Origin: an uncultured Armatimonadia bacterium
GTDB lineage: Bacteria; Armatimonadota; Zipacnadia; CAVVLO01
Direction of reading: 5' to 3'
Length of the DNA stretch: 64,000 nucleotides
Assembly (NCBI GenBank): GCA_963749155.1
Contig: CAVVLO010000002.1
Location: 1,248,001-1,312,000 of the forward strand
Shown: positions 29,390 to 40,937 of the stretch, one piece after another
Numbering within the stretch: position 1 is the stretch's first letter
How the letters are laid out: the number at the start of each line of letters is the position of its first letter
Made by a program: the position numbers and the translations under genes
Notes under the pieces: model-generated
The model's database searches: none
What the model was told of the DNA's origin: nothing
Seen by the model: only the letters and a program-made list of their open reading frames with translations

Positions 29390-32224
29390 TTACAATCCAG
29401 GAGCTTCTTCTCCATTCACTACTACTCTGACAACATCCTGCCAGTCAGCATTGGGCACTACCTTCCACTCGACGCCTTCAGGCATATCAATATCGAGGGA
29501 AAGTGTCTCGCCCTCGAGCTTCCAGGCCACTTTCAGTTCGCCCTTGGGTGACCAGGTCGAGCCTTGGGCCCAGCTTACACCAGCCACAGGATGCGGGCTG
29601 ACTTCGACCTGGCTTGCGGCGACGCCTGTTATCTGGATGCCCAGCAGCACCTGGTTGAAGACGAAAAGCGGCGCGCTGGACCAGGCATGGCAATAACTCC
29701 GCGTCGGCCAGGAACCAAGCGCCCCGCGGAAGGTCTCCCAGCAGGTGCTGGCATCGCAGTCCAGCATATCCTGCCACTTGCTTTCGATGAGTTTGATAGC
29801 TTCCGCGGACTTGCCTTCCTTCATCAAGGCTTCGAGGAAGAACTGCAACGCAAAGGGGCTGCCTACCTGGGTCATCCCTTCAGGCGCTTCCAGCACGTTG
29901 GCAAGGGCCACTTCGCGCTTGCCCTTCGGCAGTACGTCATACAGCAATCCCAGTACGCTCGTATGCTGAGAGGTCTTCGGGCTGACTGTTCCGTCCTCGT
30001 GGATGGAATCTGGGTAGCTCTCTTTCCCCTCATCCCATAGCGTGAGGAGTGCCTGCGACAACTCCTGGCGGAACCCAAGCAGCCACTCGGTGTCGTGCTT
30101 GCCCAGCGCCTTGCAGCACTTTAGCGCCGCATCGATGCCCCCAATAGCGAACAGCGAGTTGTGCAACACGGTCCTGTGCTGGTCGTCTATTGGCGTCCAG
30201 TCGAACATATTCCAGGCCGACATACTGAACAAACCGCGGTCCGTGCAGAACTGCCGCGTGCCTTCAAGGTTCTGGATTACCCAGGGGTACAGCTCTTCGA
30301 GGCCTGCCCTATCGCCTGTTGCGAAATAGTATTCCCAAACGCCCAGGCCCCACAGCCAGCTCCACGCGGGCAGCAGGCAGTCCCAGCCACTCGGCACCTG
30401 GCAACCGGTGATGGGATAGCGCTCAAGCGACTGCCCTGTCAGGCGCAGGCAGCGTAGCGAGATGTCTTCGGCGCCGTAGCAGACGAAGTTGAACAGCGAC
30501 TCATTGCGCGCATCGCCCACCCAGAGAGTCTGTTCATACAACGGGCAATCGGTGAAGGTGTCTTCCATGCACAGCCGCAGCGTGTAGGCACTGATATCCC
30601 AGATGCGATTGAAGGACGCATTGCTGCTGACAGGAAGCTACCGCGCAGTTCGACTGGATAGGTCGCCTGGATTATCAAGGCGCGCCTGATTCGTACTGGC
30701 CCAGTCATACTGCGTAGCGTTAAGAAGAGATACCTGCCCGCCCGACGCTTCTGCGCGACATACCGATTGAGCCCCGCCTTCGTGATATAGCGGAAGCCGT
30801 TGCGGTTGGTGTAGGTGTGCTGCAGGTTGTCGCCCTCGCGATATTCGATCAGATTCGCGTCCACGACAGTGCCTTCTGGCGCGTCCAGTTCGAACTCCAC
30901 CCAGCCGACCACCTCGCGCCCGAAGTCCAGGGCCAGTTCCACATCGCCCGCCTCCGAGGGGAAGACAGTCGTCCACTCGGAGTTATCCGAGAGCAACCCT
31001 CTGCGTTGTTCCACCAGCCCCGTGGCATCGCCAACTACCTGGCGGGAGAAGAAGGGCAGATAGCTGTCCTTGAGCACGCAGTCGGCCGGGACGAGCTTTG
31101 CGGCTTCTCCAGCCAGGGCTAGCAGTTCCACGGCAGTCCTGGCCTCGGCATAAGGCAGCATCGCCGGCATCGGGTCAGTGGCAAAGGGAAAACCAGTAGG
31201 CCAGACCCCTTGAGGCAGCTCATCGAGCGCCCCGAAAGGCCCGATAAAGAGCCAGGCACTCTCGGCGTCCTCACCAGCGGGATTCCTTAACGTAAGCCCT
31301 TCCCAGGAGTCCGGCGCGATGCCGAAGTCATAATCATGCGAGTTGGCCCGCTGCAGCAGCACCAGCAGGTTGTCCCCAGCCTCGAGTTGCAGCTTGCCCT
31401 CGGTTAACTCAATCCCCTGGCAGAAAGCCCGTCCGCCAAACATATGGGTCGAGAAGCCAACCACGCGCGGCGCATCGCTGGTGATGAGGGTCGCGAAAAC
31501 GCCTGCCATCGGCAGCCCGTTGCTGCTGCGGTCGTCTGGATAACACAAGCGCTTGAGGTCCAGCACAACAGCTTCTGCCGAGTTGTGGACAAGGGTAGCT
31601 GAAAGCCGCTCAGGATAAATCGGCTCCTTCGTCAGGAAAGCCACATCGCGCTCGTGCAAGTCCTTCCACGGTCCTGCTTCCGCCTCATAAATCACCTCGG
31701 CAGCCGGCCACTTGCTCTCATCGGGACAGTAGCAGGCGGCGCCAGGCAGCTCTTTGCGGGCGTCGTACCACTCGCCGCGTTCCATCTGGATGCTGACTCT
31801 GGCTATCCACTGCTCATGCGCAGGGCTCACCTGGGCCTTCCAGCTTGCATCAGTGCCAAAGACCAACTGCTTGCCCTGAGGCTGTCTCTACCTCGAGTTG
31901 CGCGAGCAGTCCGGCCTCCTGGGGCACCTGGTGGAAGTTGCTCTGCCCATAATAGCGCGCCATCACTGCGATGACGTTCTCGCCTGGTTTCAGCAACTCG
32001 GTGGCCTCAATCACATCATACTGGTAGTGTTCGGGCCACGCGCGCGCTGGGCCATCCTCGACCCACTGGCCATTTATAAAGACTCGGTATTGGGAATCCG
32101 CCGTGATAAGTAGCCTGGCGTTTTTGATTTCGGGTAGCTCGAAGCGCTTGCGCGCCCAGATGGTTTGGTTGACAGGCTGAGGCCCTTGCCCCGCCGCCCA
32201 GATCCACTTGCCTTGCCAGTTCAT
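29390..32224 (-). CDS. Alpha-L-rhamnosidase-like glycoside hydrolase (GH78), frameshifts near 31875 and 30630
   Basis: N-terminal WIW...ARLLITADSQYRVFING; LDFGREVVG; DTFTDCPLYEQTLWVGD; TCWE...SYCHAWS. Spread over three overlapping ORFs. Confidence 0.88.
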
Positions 32225-32371
32225 AACTCTTGCCTCCATCAAATCCAGTATGAGCCAGAAATCGCCTCGCAAGTTTCCTCGAGGTGCAGTTTACACCTGC
32301 CAGGCGTGTTGCAAAGAGTACCTTGGCATATTATCCTTTACTATCACAACTGCTATCTGGAGGAACCTCGT

Positions 32372-33310
32372 ATGTTTTTTCTCGGTCTTGCCGTTCCCCT
32401 ACTGTTTGCTGGACTAGGCGCCCAGGCGCCGGTGCCGGTTATCCTCGATACTGATATCGGCGATGACATTGACGACACCTGGGCGCTTGCGATGCTGCTC
32501 GGATGCCCCCAGGCAGATTTGAAACTCATCGTTACAAGTACCAATAACACGCCCGAGAAAGCCCGCCTGGTCGGGAAGCTGTTGCAGTATATGGGCAGAG
32601 AAGACATCCCCCTGGCTGTTGGCGTACAGACCAGCGATAGCAACTTCGCCCAGCAGGATTGGCTTGGCGACTGGTCGTGGGATTCGTACAAAGGCAAGGT
32701 CGACGAAGACGGCGTGCAGGCGCTGGTGGACGCTATCAACCTGAGTCCCGAGCCTCCCGTGCTTATGGCAATCGGCCCTCTGACCAACCTGGCCGCCGCG
32801 CTCGAGCGCGACCCTTCCATCGCCGGCAAGTGCCGAGTCGTGCTGATGGCCGGTAGCGTATATAAGGATTATGGCGGAAACGAGGGTCGCAGCGCCGAAT
32901 GGAACGTCGTCTGCGACACGCCTGCCTCTCAGGCGGTCTTCTCGGCGCCCTGGGAGATAAGCATCACGCCGCTCGATACCTGTGGCCAGTTGCGGCTTGC
33001 CGGCGCCGAATACCAGGAAGTTGTCGATTCTGCCTGCCCGCGCGCCAAAGCGGTCATCGAGAACTACGAGGCCTGGGCTCATCGCCATCATCATCCTGCC
33101 GACTCAAGCAGTGTGCTCTTCGACACCGTCGCCGCCTATATGACCTTCGATGAGTCTCTGCTCAATATGGAGACAGTGAAGCTTGTCGTGGACGATAAAG
33201 GCTTCACCATCCCCGATGAGGAGAAGGGCAAACCAATCCGCTGCGCCCTCTCCTGGAAGGACGAAGCGGCCTTCCGGCGTTTGCTTATCGAGTCGCTGAC
33301 GCATAAGTAA
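32372..33310 (+). CDS. Nucleoside hydrolase (IU-NH family), possible signal peptide
   Basis: Motifs VILDTDIGDDIDD, IGPLTNLA and AEWNVVCD. Confidence 0.9.
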   Translation: MFFLGLAVPLLFAGLGAQAPVPVILDTDIGDDIDDTWALAMLLGCPQADLKLIVTSTNNTPEKARLVGKLLQYMGREDIPLAVGVQTSDSNFAQQDWLGDWSWDSYKGKVDEDGVQALVDAINLSPEPPVLMAIGPLTNLAAALERDPSIAGKCRVVLMAGSVYKDYGGNEGRSAEWNVVCDTPASQAVFSAPWEISITPLDTCGQLRLAGAEYQEVVDSACPRAKAVIENYEAWAHRHHHPADSSSVLFDTVAAYMTFDESLLNMETVKLVVDDKGFTIPDEEKGKPIRCALSWKDEAAFRRLLIESLTHK

Positions 33311-33384
33311 GAGATTACAGAACTCCCTGCCACTTAGTTTCCCTGGACAAGAAGAAGCAGGAAATATATCAGGCAGACAAAACC

Positions 33385-33413
33385 TTGACAGCAAGCCAAT
33401 ACAACCCTAGTCT
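33385..33413 (+). promoter_or_regulatory. Putative sigma70 promoter
   Basis: TTGACA-N17-TAGTCT. Confidence 0.6.
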
Positions 33414-33479
33414 CAATAAGGGGTAGTCACCACCTGGGCGCAAGAGCAAAGTGCGCCTGACACCTAAGGAGGAAGAACT

Positions 33480-33984
33480 ATGACCAGATTGTTATTGCTC
33501 GCAGCCTTGATGCTGGCGCTTGTAGCGCTGGCAGGATGTTCTTTTGAAGCCAAAGTTGGAGGCGATGAACCTACCACAGGTCCACCAACTCCGCCGCCAG
33601 TTACAGAAACTGCTCCCGAAGGGCCTGCAGTTGTGACTGAACAGGTCGGCAAAGCCTATGATGAAGCCGCAGGAGAGGCCACCCAGCTTACTGCCAGCTT
33701 CGCACCGACCGACAAGGAGATCCACGTCAACGTAGGGGTCAAAGGCCTGACCACAGGTGACAAGGTCACAGGCACTCTGATGGCCAAAGCAGTTACCGAT
33801 ACCGAGGGCAACAAAGATAACCGACTATGAGGTCGCCAGTACCGAGATGGATGTGCCTGGCGCAGAATCAACTTTCCACTTCACCTTCAGCGCCCCGGAT
33901 GCGGGCTGGCCGGTGGGTACGTATGAAGTTATCCTGGCAATAGGCGGCCAGACCTTCCACACCATTGCACTAACTGTGGACTAA
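33480..33984 (+). CDS. Lipoprotein with Ig-like domain (frameshift near 33815)
   Basis: Lipobox LAGC and Pro-rich linker; continues ...FTFSAPDAGWPVGTYEVILAIGG after removing one A. Confidence 0.78.
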
Positions 33985-34007
33985 CTGCTTGCACGCCGAG
34001 TTAACCG

Positions 34008-34042
34008 AAGGGCGGAGCCACGATGGCTCCGCCCTTTGTTTT
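34008..34042. terminator. Terminator
   Basis: AAGGGCGGAGCCA-CGA-TGGCTCCGCCCTTTGTTTT. Confidence 0.85.
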
Positions 34043-34063
34043 AAGCCCCTGGTCGGCGCGCCC

Positions 34064-35185
34064 CTAGTCCACCTGGGGCTTCAACCTGCGAAGGAACTCG
34101 GCTGTGAGGTGGGTCAACGTGTAAGGTTCATCCTCGGGGCCGTCTTTCTCGGGATACTTGTACCAGCTCTGGACGATGTATCGGTCTGCCTGCCCACCTG
34201 AGGCGCGATACCAGTCCAGGAATTCAAGCGACCTCTCTGAGAAGGCCTGGGCTGAGGTATTGCCACCAAGGTCGCTGTTCAGCACGATGTCGAACTCCAC
34301 ATCCTGCGACTTCACGAACCGTTCCAAATCAAGCAGCCTGCTCATCCAGTCGACACTGGCAGGATCTTTGATGGGCTCCGGCCAAGGTGTGCCGTAGATA
34401 TTGTATTCACCTTTCGTGTGTTCGTAGGGACTGTCAGCGCGCACACCCGCTGGCTTCAGTCCCTCAGCCTCAAGCCGCCTGAGCACACTGCGTATCAGTG
34501 GGTAATAATCGCCCCAGAACGTCCCCCCAGGCCCGCTGCCCCAGTAGGCCATCTCGCCCTTCCAGCCCCAGTTGGGGAAGTTGGTTATCAGGACGAACTG
34601 CACCTGCGGGTACTTTTCCCGCCAGGCGCGCATATATCCGACCAACTCGTCACCAACTTTGGAGATAAGCCAGAGGCCCTTGATATCGCCATCGGGGGTC
34701 ATCCGGCCCGTGTCAGCGCCTGGATGCATCAGCCTGCGGACAGGCCCATCCAGCACCATATAATCAGGCGGTCCGTAAGATTCGATCAGGTTAACGAGCT
34801 TGGTCATCTCCTCGCTTGCGCATTTGGCTCCGACGCCTGGCTCGAGACTGGGGCGGACCTGCTCGGTTATGCCCCGAGGGTTGGCAGGACTGAAATCGAG
34901 GCTCTTCGGCTCCCAGTCAAAATAACCGCCCTCGATACCGATTTTGATGCCGGCTGCTTTCAGGTCGGTCGCGAAGGCAGCAAGCTCCGGCTTGGGGATG
35001 AGATAGGCGACCGCATTGATGTAGAGCTCCATCCCGTCCAGGTTGCGCCGTGTGAAGTCCCACTTTAGCTCCTCGGAGGTCAGCTTCTGTGGGTAGTAAT
35101 GGGCCATCCACACCTCGGGCGGGGCCGCGTTGGCAAATCCTGCCATCAGAGTCGCTCCCAGTAACCAGGCAATCATAAAACGCAC
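34064..35185 (-). CDS. Secreted hypothetical protein (possible TIM-barrel hydrolase)
   Basis: Signal peptide; 373 aa; 2 nt downstream of the preceding gene; no recognised motif. Confidence 0.65.
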   Translation of the reverse strand: MRFMIAWLLGATLMAGFANAAPPEVWMAHYYPQKLTSEELKWDFTRRNLDGMELYINAVAYLIPKPELAAFATDLKAAGIKIGIEGGYFDWEPKSLDFSPANPRGITEQVRPSLEPGVGAKCASEEMTKLVNLIESYGPPDYMVLDGPVRRLMHPGADTGRMTPDGDIKGLWLISKVGDELVGYMRAWREKYPQVQFVLITNFPNWGWKGEMAYWGSGPGGTFWGDYYPLIRSVLRRLEAEGLKPAGVRADSPYEHTKGEYNIYGTPWPEPIKDPASVDWMSRLLDLERFVKSQDVEFDIVLNSDLGGNTSAQAFSERSLEFLDWYRASGGQADRYIVQSWYKYPEKDGPEDEPYTLTHLTAEFLRRLKPQVD

Positions 35186-35187
35186 GG

Positions 35188-37368
35188 CTAACCTCGCTTC
35201 ACGATGAACTCGACCTCGACCTCGGCCGGGACAGGGGTCTCCAGTCGTGGAGAAGCTTCAGTCCACGAAAGCAGATAGCGCGAGGCTGTGCCAGGCGCGA
35301 CCAGCTTTACCATGTGACGTCCTTCAGCAAGCCCACTGGTGTCCAGTTGATAGGTGTCAGTCCTCAGTCCGCTTGCGACTTCTTTCCCATCTACGAAAAG
35401 GGTGAAAGTCTCAGGCTCGAGGCCAATCCACTGCCATTTGAGCGGCAGGCTCGCATCAGCCTCGGTCAGGCGCCTTGGCGATTCCAGCACCAGGACAGTG
35501 GTCTCAGGTGTCGCCTGTTTGTAGAGGTCTATCACCGCGGCTTGCAGGTTGAGGTAGAAATAGCCCCAGCCCCCTTGAGGGCTGCGATAACCTGGGGTGT
35601 CCAGCGCAGTCGGCTCATAATCGTCGGTCAACTCGGCGCTATAGGTGTCGTAATAATTGTCTTTGTTCTCGCCATGCCCGGCGCCCTCTGCCTGCCCGGC
35701 AAATTCGTTGAACTGGTGCAGGAAGAGCACCTGTGGCTTCGCGTCCAAAGCTACTCGCATCGTCTCGAGGAAGGTCGCCCCTCCCCGCAGTCCCGCAGCG
35801 TTCGCCTTCGTCCAGCCCCCGCTGTCAAAGTACCCAAAGGCCGCTGTGACTGCTTCCGCAACGCCGTCCTTGTAAGTCACCATGGCGCCGGTATCCATCC
35901 AGCTCCACAGCCCCAGCTCATGCTCGCGTGACTTGTCGTTCTGGGCTGAAACATAGCGGAGGGTGAAATGACCCTCTGGATCCACCAGTTTGTCCTTGCC
36001 AGTCGCCATATAGGTGTGGCCCAGGTTGAGCAAGGTAACCAGTGGCTTGTCTTCAAAATCAAGCCACAGGCCTGTAAAACGCGGATTGCGGATGTAGTTG
36101 TGATACACCCAGTCCAGCATCTCATTTACCGCGCGCTCGCCGCCTTCTACATGGCTGATGCCTGCCAGCAAGGTGAACTGGGGCACTGGCAGGCCTTCTT
36201 CGCGCATCACGGCTAGCGTCTCAAGGGCCAAACTGGTCGAATGGATTATCTCATTGCAGTTCTCACCGCGCGAATCCCAGGTCGGCGAGAACCAGATATG
36301 GTTGGACCAGTCGGCCATCCAGAAGTCCGCGCCCGCTTCCATCAGCCAGATGACATGCTGACGCGTGACAGATTGGTTGTAAGACTGGTAATAGCCGATG
36401 ACCGGCACTGCCTCGGCGGTCTGCCAGAAGGGATTGCGCGGGGTGAACCAGGGCTCCCACTGGGCGCCAACCCGGTGGCCAGGATCGAGAGGCATTGCCT
36501 CGATTTGGCGGCGCAGCACCCGCACCGTGACGGTGTTGGAGACGTTGGCCTCCTCGGGCAGGAGGCTGCCGGCAAAAAGACCCATCCGCCCACTAAGGCC
36601 TGGCCATTTGTCAGGTACCGCCGCGCCGGCGTCAGGCGCGCCCAGGAGTATGACAGGTTGGCCTTCCTCCGCCAGGCTGGCCGGCCAGCCGGCCGGGGCT
36701 TCGGTAAAAGCGCGCCACTCGGTACCACTTGTCACCAGGGGTTGCTGCCCAGGGCCCCTCAACTCAAGCCGCAGCAACAATCCCGCAGGAACACCTCCAT
36801 TATGACACTCGGCCGAAAGCACATTACGCCCTGGCCTCAGCAACCGAGTGGGCACCGGCACAGCCTTCATATCGTGCCAGCCGACATACTCGTGAATCAG
36901 TTCTCCATTCAGCCACAGCTTGCCGACATCATCTACCGCGAACCATAAGTCAGCAGACTCCGGTATATCATCCAGCTCGAAGCTCTGCTGGAGGAAAACC
37001 GTCTGATTTTCGGCGAGCTCAGGCGCCCAAATCCAGCGTTCTGGCATCTGACCTGGAGCAGGCCGCGCCTGCACTAACAACTCGGTCAGACCGGGGTTTG
37101 GCAGCGGGATGTGGAAAACGGCCTTCCCTTGGGCATCAGCGTAGGCGTGGTTGCCCCAGCGCGCGCCGTTGGCATAAGGCAGCAACTCCGCGCCCACTGC
37201 AGGAGATCCGTCAGGATACCTGGCTTCGGCCATAAGGGTGATCGTCCTGCCCATCCCAACTTCGGTTTTATCAACGGTGAGGGTGACCTGGGCCGGCTCA
37301 GAGTGAACTTGCGCCAGGATTACACTGCCAATCATCAGCAAACAGAGGGTTAGGAGTACCAATTTCAT
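35188..37368 (-). CDS. Secreted glycoside hydrolase-like protein (GH71/GH99-like barrel with Ig and sugar-binding modules)
   Basis: Motifs PVIGYYQSYNQSVTRQHVIWLMEAGADFWMADWSN and HQFNEF; jelly-roll-like WIW...AVDDVGKLWLNG. Confidence 0.6.
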   Translation of the reverse strand: MKLVLLTLCLLMIGSVILAQVHSEPAQVTLTVDKTEVGMGRTITLMAEARYPDGSPAVGAELLPYANGARWGNHAYADAQGKAVFHIPLPNPGLTELLVQARPAPGQMPERWIWAPELAENQTVFLQQSFELDDIPESADLWFAVDDVGKLWLNGELIHEYVGWHDMKAVPVPTRLLRPGRNVLSAECHNGGVPAGLLLRLELRGPGQQPLVTSGTEWRAFTEAPAGWPASLAEEGQPVILLGAPDAGAAVPDKWPGLSGRMGLFAGSLLPEEANVSNTVTVRVLRRQIEAMPLDPGHRVGAQWEPWFTPRNPFWQTAEAVPVIGYYQSYNQSVTRQHVIWLMEAGADFWMADWSNHIWFSPTWDSRGENCNEIIHSTSLALETLAVMREEGLPVPQFTLLAGISHVEGGERAVNEMLDWVYHNYIRNPRFTGLWLDFEDKPLVTLLNLGHTYMATGKDKLVDPEGHFTLRYVSAQNDKSREHELGLWSWMDTGAMVTYKDGVAEAVTAAFGYFDSGGWTKANAAGLRGGATFLETMRVALDAKPQVLFLHQFNEFAGQAEGAGHGENKDNYYDTYSAELTDDYEPTALDTPGYRSPQGGWGYFYLNLQAAVIDLYKQATPETTVLVLESPRRLTEADASLPLKWQWIGLEPETFTLFVDGKEVASGLRTDTYQLDTSGLAEGRHMVKLVAPGTASRYLLSWTEASPRLETPVPAEVEVEFIVKRG

Positions 37369-37558
37369 TTCGCACCTCCAGCAAGTCGTGCCTGTTGCCG
37401 CAAGGGCACAAGTCCAGGCGCGGTAAAGCCAGTGTAACGACGGATTGATTTGGCGGCAACCTGTGCGCCCCTTCTACGGCGGTATTAGCCCGGGTATTCG
37501 CTATACTAATTAGACTAAGGTCGGCAACCCAGACCTTGACTGAGGAGAGAGTCTCTCC

Positions 37559-40500
37559 GTGGAATCCAGAATGCAGCCTAAGCAAGTGCTGCTGTATGCT
37601 GCGCTACTTTTAGTTTATCTGGTGGTCGTAGCGTTGCTGTATATAGAGCAGCGACAAGCTGCGCTTGCCCAGATAAACCTCGAGTTCAACCTTGCCGCGC
37701 GCTCTGCGCCTGGCTTGCTGGCTAGTGATTACCATGATCGTATGGCCAGGGGTGGACTGGTAAGCGATACCGAGCAGCTTCGATATAAAGCGGCTTTCTC
37801 CAGGCAAGCAGGGCAGGTCGGAGTCGATTTGCTTGCCACTCTGGTTATCACGAACAACCAGTTTACTATTGCAGCTTGTAGTGAAGGCACTCTGCGCGGG
37901 CATGGACTGGCAGGGCTGCAAGGCTGGCAGCTCTTTGATGTGGCAACTACCGGCCTCTTGCGCAACGCATATGAGGCCCCCGCCCCTGTTTTTGGTCGTC
38001 TCAGGATTATGAACAAAAACCTGCACGTTGCCCTGATTCGTGAGGTAAGTGAGCAGGGGACTTATTATCTGGCTTGTGCTGGCCAGTTTGAAGAAGCTGT
38101 AAGCGCCCGTCTCACAGGTGACTTGGTCCAGTCGCTCGCCCGGGCTATTGCCCTGCTGCTCTTCCCAATGGCGCTGCTTATTACTTATGTCAGGTCGCGC
38201 CAAAAGCTTTTCTCTCAGATCCAGCTCAAGGCGGCTGAACTTGAAGCTACCCTTGTCTCAGTACCCGACGCCTATGTCATCTACGATGCTCAGGGGCGTA
38301 TCGTCAGGATGAATCCTGAAGCCAAACGTTATTTCCGTTACGATGATACAACGGCTGGGTTGCCACTTGATGACCGGATGAGACGTATGGGGCACATCTT
38401 CCCTGAAGTCGATGCCTTGAATATCACTGAATCACCTCAATACAAGGCGCTGAAAGGTCAGTCTCTCGCCAGTGAAATTTTTTCTGTCCAGCACCCCGGC
38501 GCTGCCGAGTGCTGGCTTGAGATGACAACCTCACCCATCCTGGGCGTTGATGGCAAACCCGCAGGCGCCTTTGCGATTTTCAAAGATATTACTGAACAAC
38601 GCAACTATGAGCAGATACTGCAAAGATATCGTGTCCTCTTCGATGAGGCGCGCGACATCATCTTCCTGATGAAGCCTGATGGCAGCATACTCGAAGCAAA
38701 TCGAGCCGCCGAAGAGGCATATGGGTATACCCATCGTCAGTTCGAGAGCAAAACGGCCAGAGATCTTCGCGCGCCCGATACCAGAGACCAGGTTGATAAC
38801 CAGCTTAAACAGGCCCTTGAGACCGGGGTACTTTTCGAAACCTGGCATATGCGCCGCGACGGTTGCAGATTCCCTGTAGAAGTCAGCTCCAGGCGCATCC
38901 TGGTGCATGGCCAGCCGCTTCTGTTGTCTGTCATACGCGATATATCCGCCCGTAAAGAGGCAGAAGAAGCTCTGGCCAGGGCACGCGATTTCGCAGAATC
39001 CATTATCAACACCGCCCAGGTGTTGGTGGTGGTGCTGGATGAGACTGGCAACATCCTCCGTATCAACCCTTATGCCGCGGAACTGTGCGGTTACACGACC
39101 GAAGAGCTGGCTGGCCGCAACTGGTTCGACACAATGCTGCCTGACTATGAAAAGAAGCGAGTAACCGGCATCTTCGATGATGTAAAAACTGCAACCCAGG
39201 TTCGTCGTGGCCGGAACCCAATCAGGACCAGGAGCGGCGAAGAACGGCTTATCGAGTGGTCCAGTGTAACTCTGTCGGCAAACGAGCAAGTCGTTGGAAT
39301 ACTCTCCATCGGACAGGACATCACCGAACGACAACAGATGGAAGAGGCCCTGCTGATAAGTGAGGAACGTTACCGTGGACTGTTCGAGAATTCTCCTGTC
39401 GCGCTTTGGGAGGCTGACTTCTCCCGGGTAAAGCAGTTTGCCGATTCACTCGAGATTCCCGCGGACACCAGTGTAGCAGCCTGGCTTGCCTCCAGCGAAA
39501 ACTTCCTTGGGCAGGTTGCCCAGGGCATACACATCATAGGCGCCAACCAGGCGATGGTAGCACTGTATGGCGCCAGCAATCTTCAGGAACTGTTCAACCG
39601 GGCTGAAGAGACTTTGAGCCCGGAGCAACTTCAGGTTCACGCCTTCAATATCGCCCAGATGAGAGCTGGGCTTCAGGGAGGCGAGGAAGAAGTACTCCTA
39701 CATACCTTTGATGGAGAAGCGCGCAACGCCATTATGCGTTGGGTGGCTATGCCGGGCTATGAAGAAAATTACAAGCGAGTCCTTATATCTATTGTTAACG
39801 TCACTGAGCAGAAACGCGCTGAACAGGCTGCTCGCGACGTAGCCAGGCAATTCGAGTTGTTTATGGACCAGGTGCCTGCGTCAGTGTTTATCAAAGACGC
39901 CAACTCCGTGATGCTCTATGCCAACTCTTATCTGCGCGGTGTGCTGGGTATTGAGAACTGGATTGGTCGAGAGCCAGAGGAAGTCCTGGATGCTGAAACG
40001 GCCTCCTTGATACGCCAGGCTGATCAGGACGCGCTGCAGCTTGGCTTGTCTATGGTGGTCGAGACCCTGATAGACTTTGAGGGTAATTCCCGGTATTTCG
40101 AGACGCGCAGATTCCCCATCCACCGGGAAGAAGCAGAAGACCAGCTTGGCGGTATTGCGGTAGATGTAACCGAGCTACGCAAGGCTCAGAGCGAACTGCA
40201 TAAGCTGAACACCCAACTGGAAGAGCGAGTTGTCCAGCGCACCGAGGAACTGGCTGCGGCCAACCAGGAACTTGAAGCCTTTACCTATTCGGTATCGCAT
40301 GATCTTCGCGCGCCCTTGCGCGCCATCAACGGGTTTGCCGAGATACTGATTGAGGACTGGTCCGAGCAGGTTGATGGCGAGGTGATACGGCTGCTTAGCC
40401 AAATCAAGCAGAGTGCCGAGCAGCTCAGCCAACTGGTCGAGGACTTGCTCCGATTCTCCAGACTTGGACGCCAGTCGCTTCACAAGCTCGAGCTGGACCC

Positions 40501-40936
40501 ACTAGTGATTGTGAAAGAGGCGCTGAAGGAGCTTGCTCTCGCAACAGGTAATCTGCGCGTCAAGCTGGGCGATCTGCCAAAGTGCAAAGCCGATCCGGCG
40601 CTGCTAAGACAGGTCTATATCAATCTGCTTTCCAATGCAATCAAGTTTAGTTCTCATCAGGAAAAACCTTGCATCGAGGTAGGCGCCCAAAGCCAGGGAA
40701 AGCGCACTGTCTACTTTGTGCGCGACAAGGGAGTAGGCTTCGATATGGCCCAGGCCGAGAAGGTCTTCGGAGTTTTTCAGCGGCTACACAAGCCTGAGGA
40801 ATACGAAGGCACCGGAGTGGGTCTTGCCATCGTGTATAACATCATAAGGCGTCATGGGGGGCAGATCTGGGCTGAGGCCGAACCCGGCAAGGGCGCCTGC
40901 TTCTTTTTTACTCTGGGAGGCCGGCAGCCGCGCTAA
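37559..40936 (+). CDS. Membrane sensor histidine kinase with multiple PAS domains
   Basis: Two TM helices and several PAS/PAC units (DITE motifs). H-box YSVSHDLRAPLR; N, G and F boxes NLLSNAIKF, DKGVGF and GTGVGL. Confidence 0.93.
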   Translation: MESRMQPKQVLLYAALLLVYLVVVALLYIEQRQAALAQINLEFNLAARSAPGLLASDYHDRMARGGLVSDTEQLRYKAAFSRQAGQVGVDLLATLVITNNQFTIAACSEGTLRGHGLAGLQGWQLFDVATTGLLRNAYEAPAPVFGRLRIMNKNLHVALIREVSEQGTYYLACAGQFEEAVSARLTGDLVQSLARAIALLLFPMALLITYVRSRQKLFSQIQLKAAELEATLVSVPDAYVIYDAQGRIVRMNPEAKRYFRYDDTTAGLPLDDRMRRMGHIFPEVDALNITESPQYKALKGQSLASEIFSVQHPGAAECWLEMTTSPILGVDGKPAGAFAIFKDITEQRNYEQILQRYRVLFDEARDIIFLMKPDGSILEANRAAEEAYGYTHRQFESKTARDLRAPDTRDQVDNQLKQALETGVLFETWHMRRDGCRFPVEVSSRRILVHGQPLLLSVIRDISARKEAEEALARARDFAESIINTAQVLVVVLDETGNILRINPYAAELCGYTTEELAGRNWFDTMLPDYEKKRVTGIFDDVKTATQVRRGRNPIRTRSGEERLIEWSSVTLSANEQVVGILSIGQDITERQQMEEALLISEERYRGLFENSPVALWEADFSRVKQFADSLEIPADTSVAAWLASSENFLGQVAQGIHIIGANQAMVALYGASNLQELFNRAEETLSPEQLQVHAFNIAQMRAGLQGGEEEVLLHTFDGEARNAIMRWVAMPGYEENYKRVLISIVNVTEQKRAEQAARDVARQFELFMDQVPASVFIKDANSVMLYANSYLRGVLGIENWIGREPEEVLDAETASLIRQADQDALQLGLSMVVETLIDFEGNSRYFETRRFPIHREEAEDQLGGIAVDVTELRKAQSELHKLNTQLEERVVQRTEELAAANQELEAFTYSVSHDLRAPLRAINGFAEILIEDWSEQVDGEVIRLLSQIKQSAEQLSQLVEDLLRFSRLGRQSLHKLELDPLVIVKEALKELALATGNLRVKLGDLPKCKADPALLRQVYINLLSNAIKFSSHQEKPCIEVGAQSQGKRTVYFVRDKGVGFDMAQAEKVFGVFQRLHKPEEYEGTGVGLAIVYNIIRRHGGQIWAEAEPGKGACFFFTLGGRQPR

Positions 40937-40937
40937 C

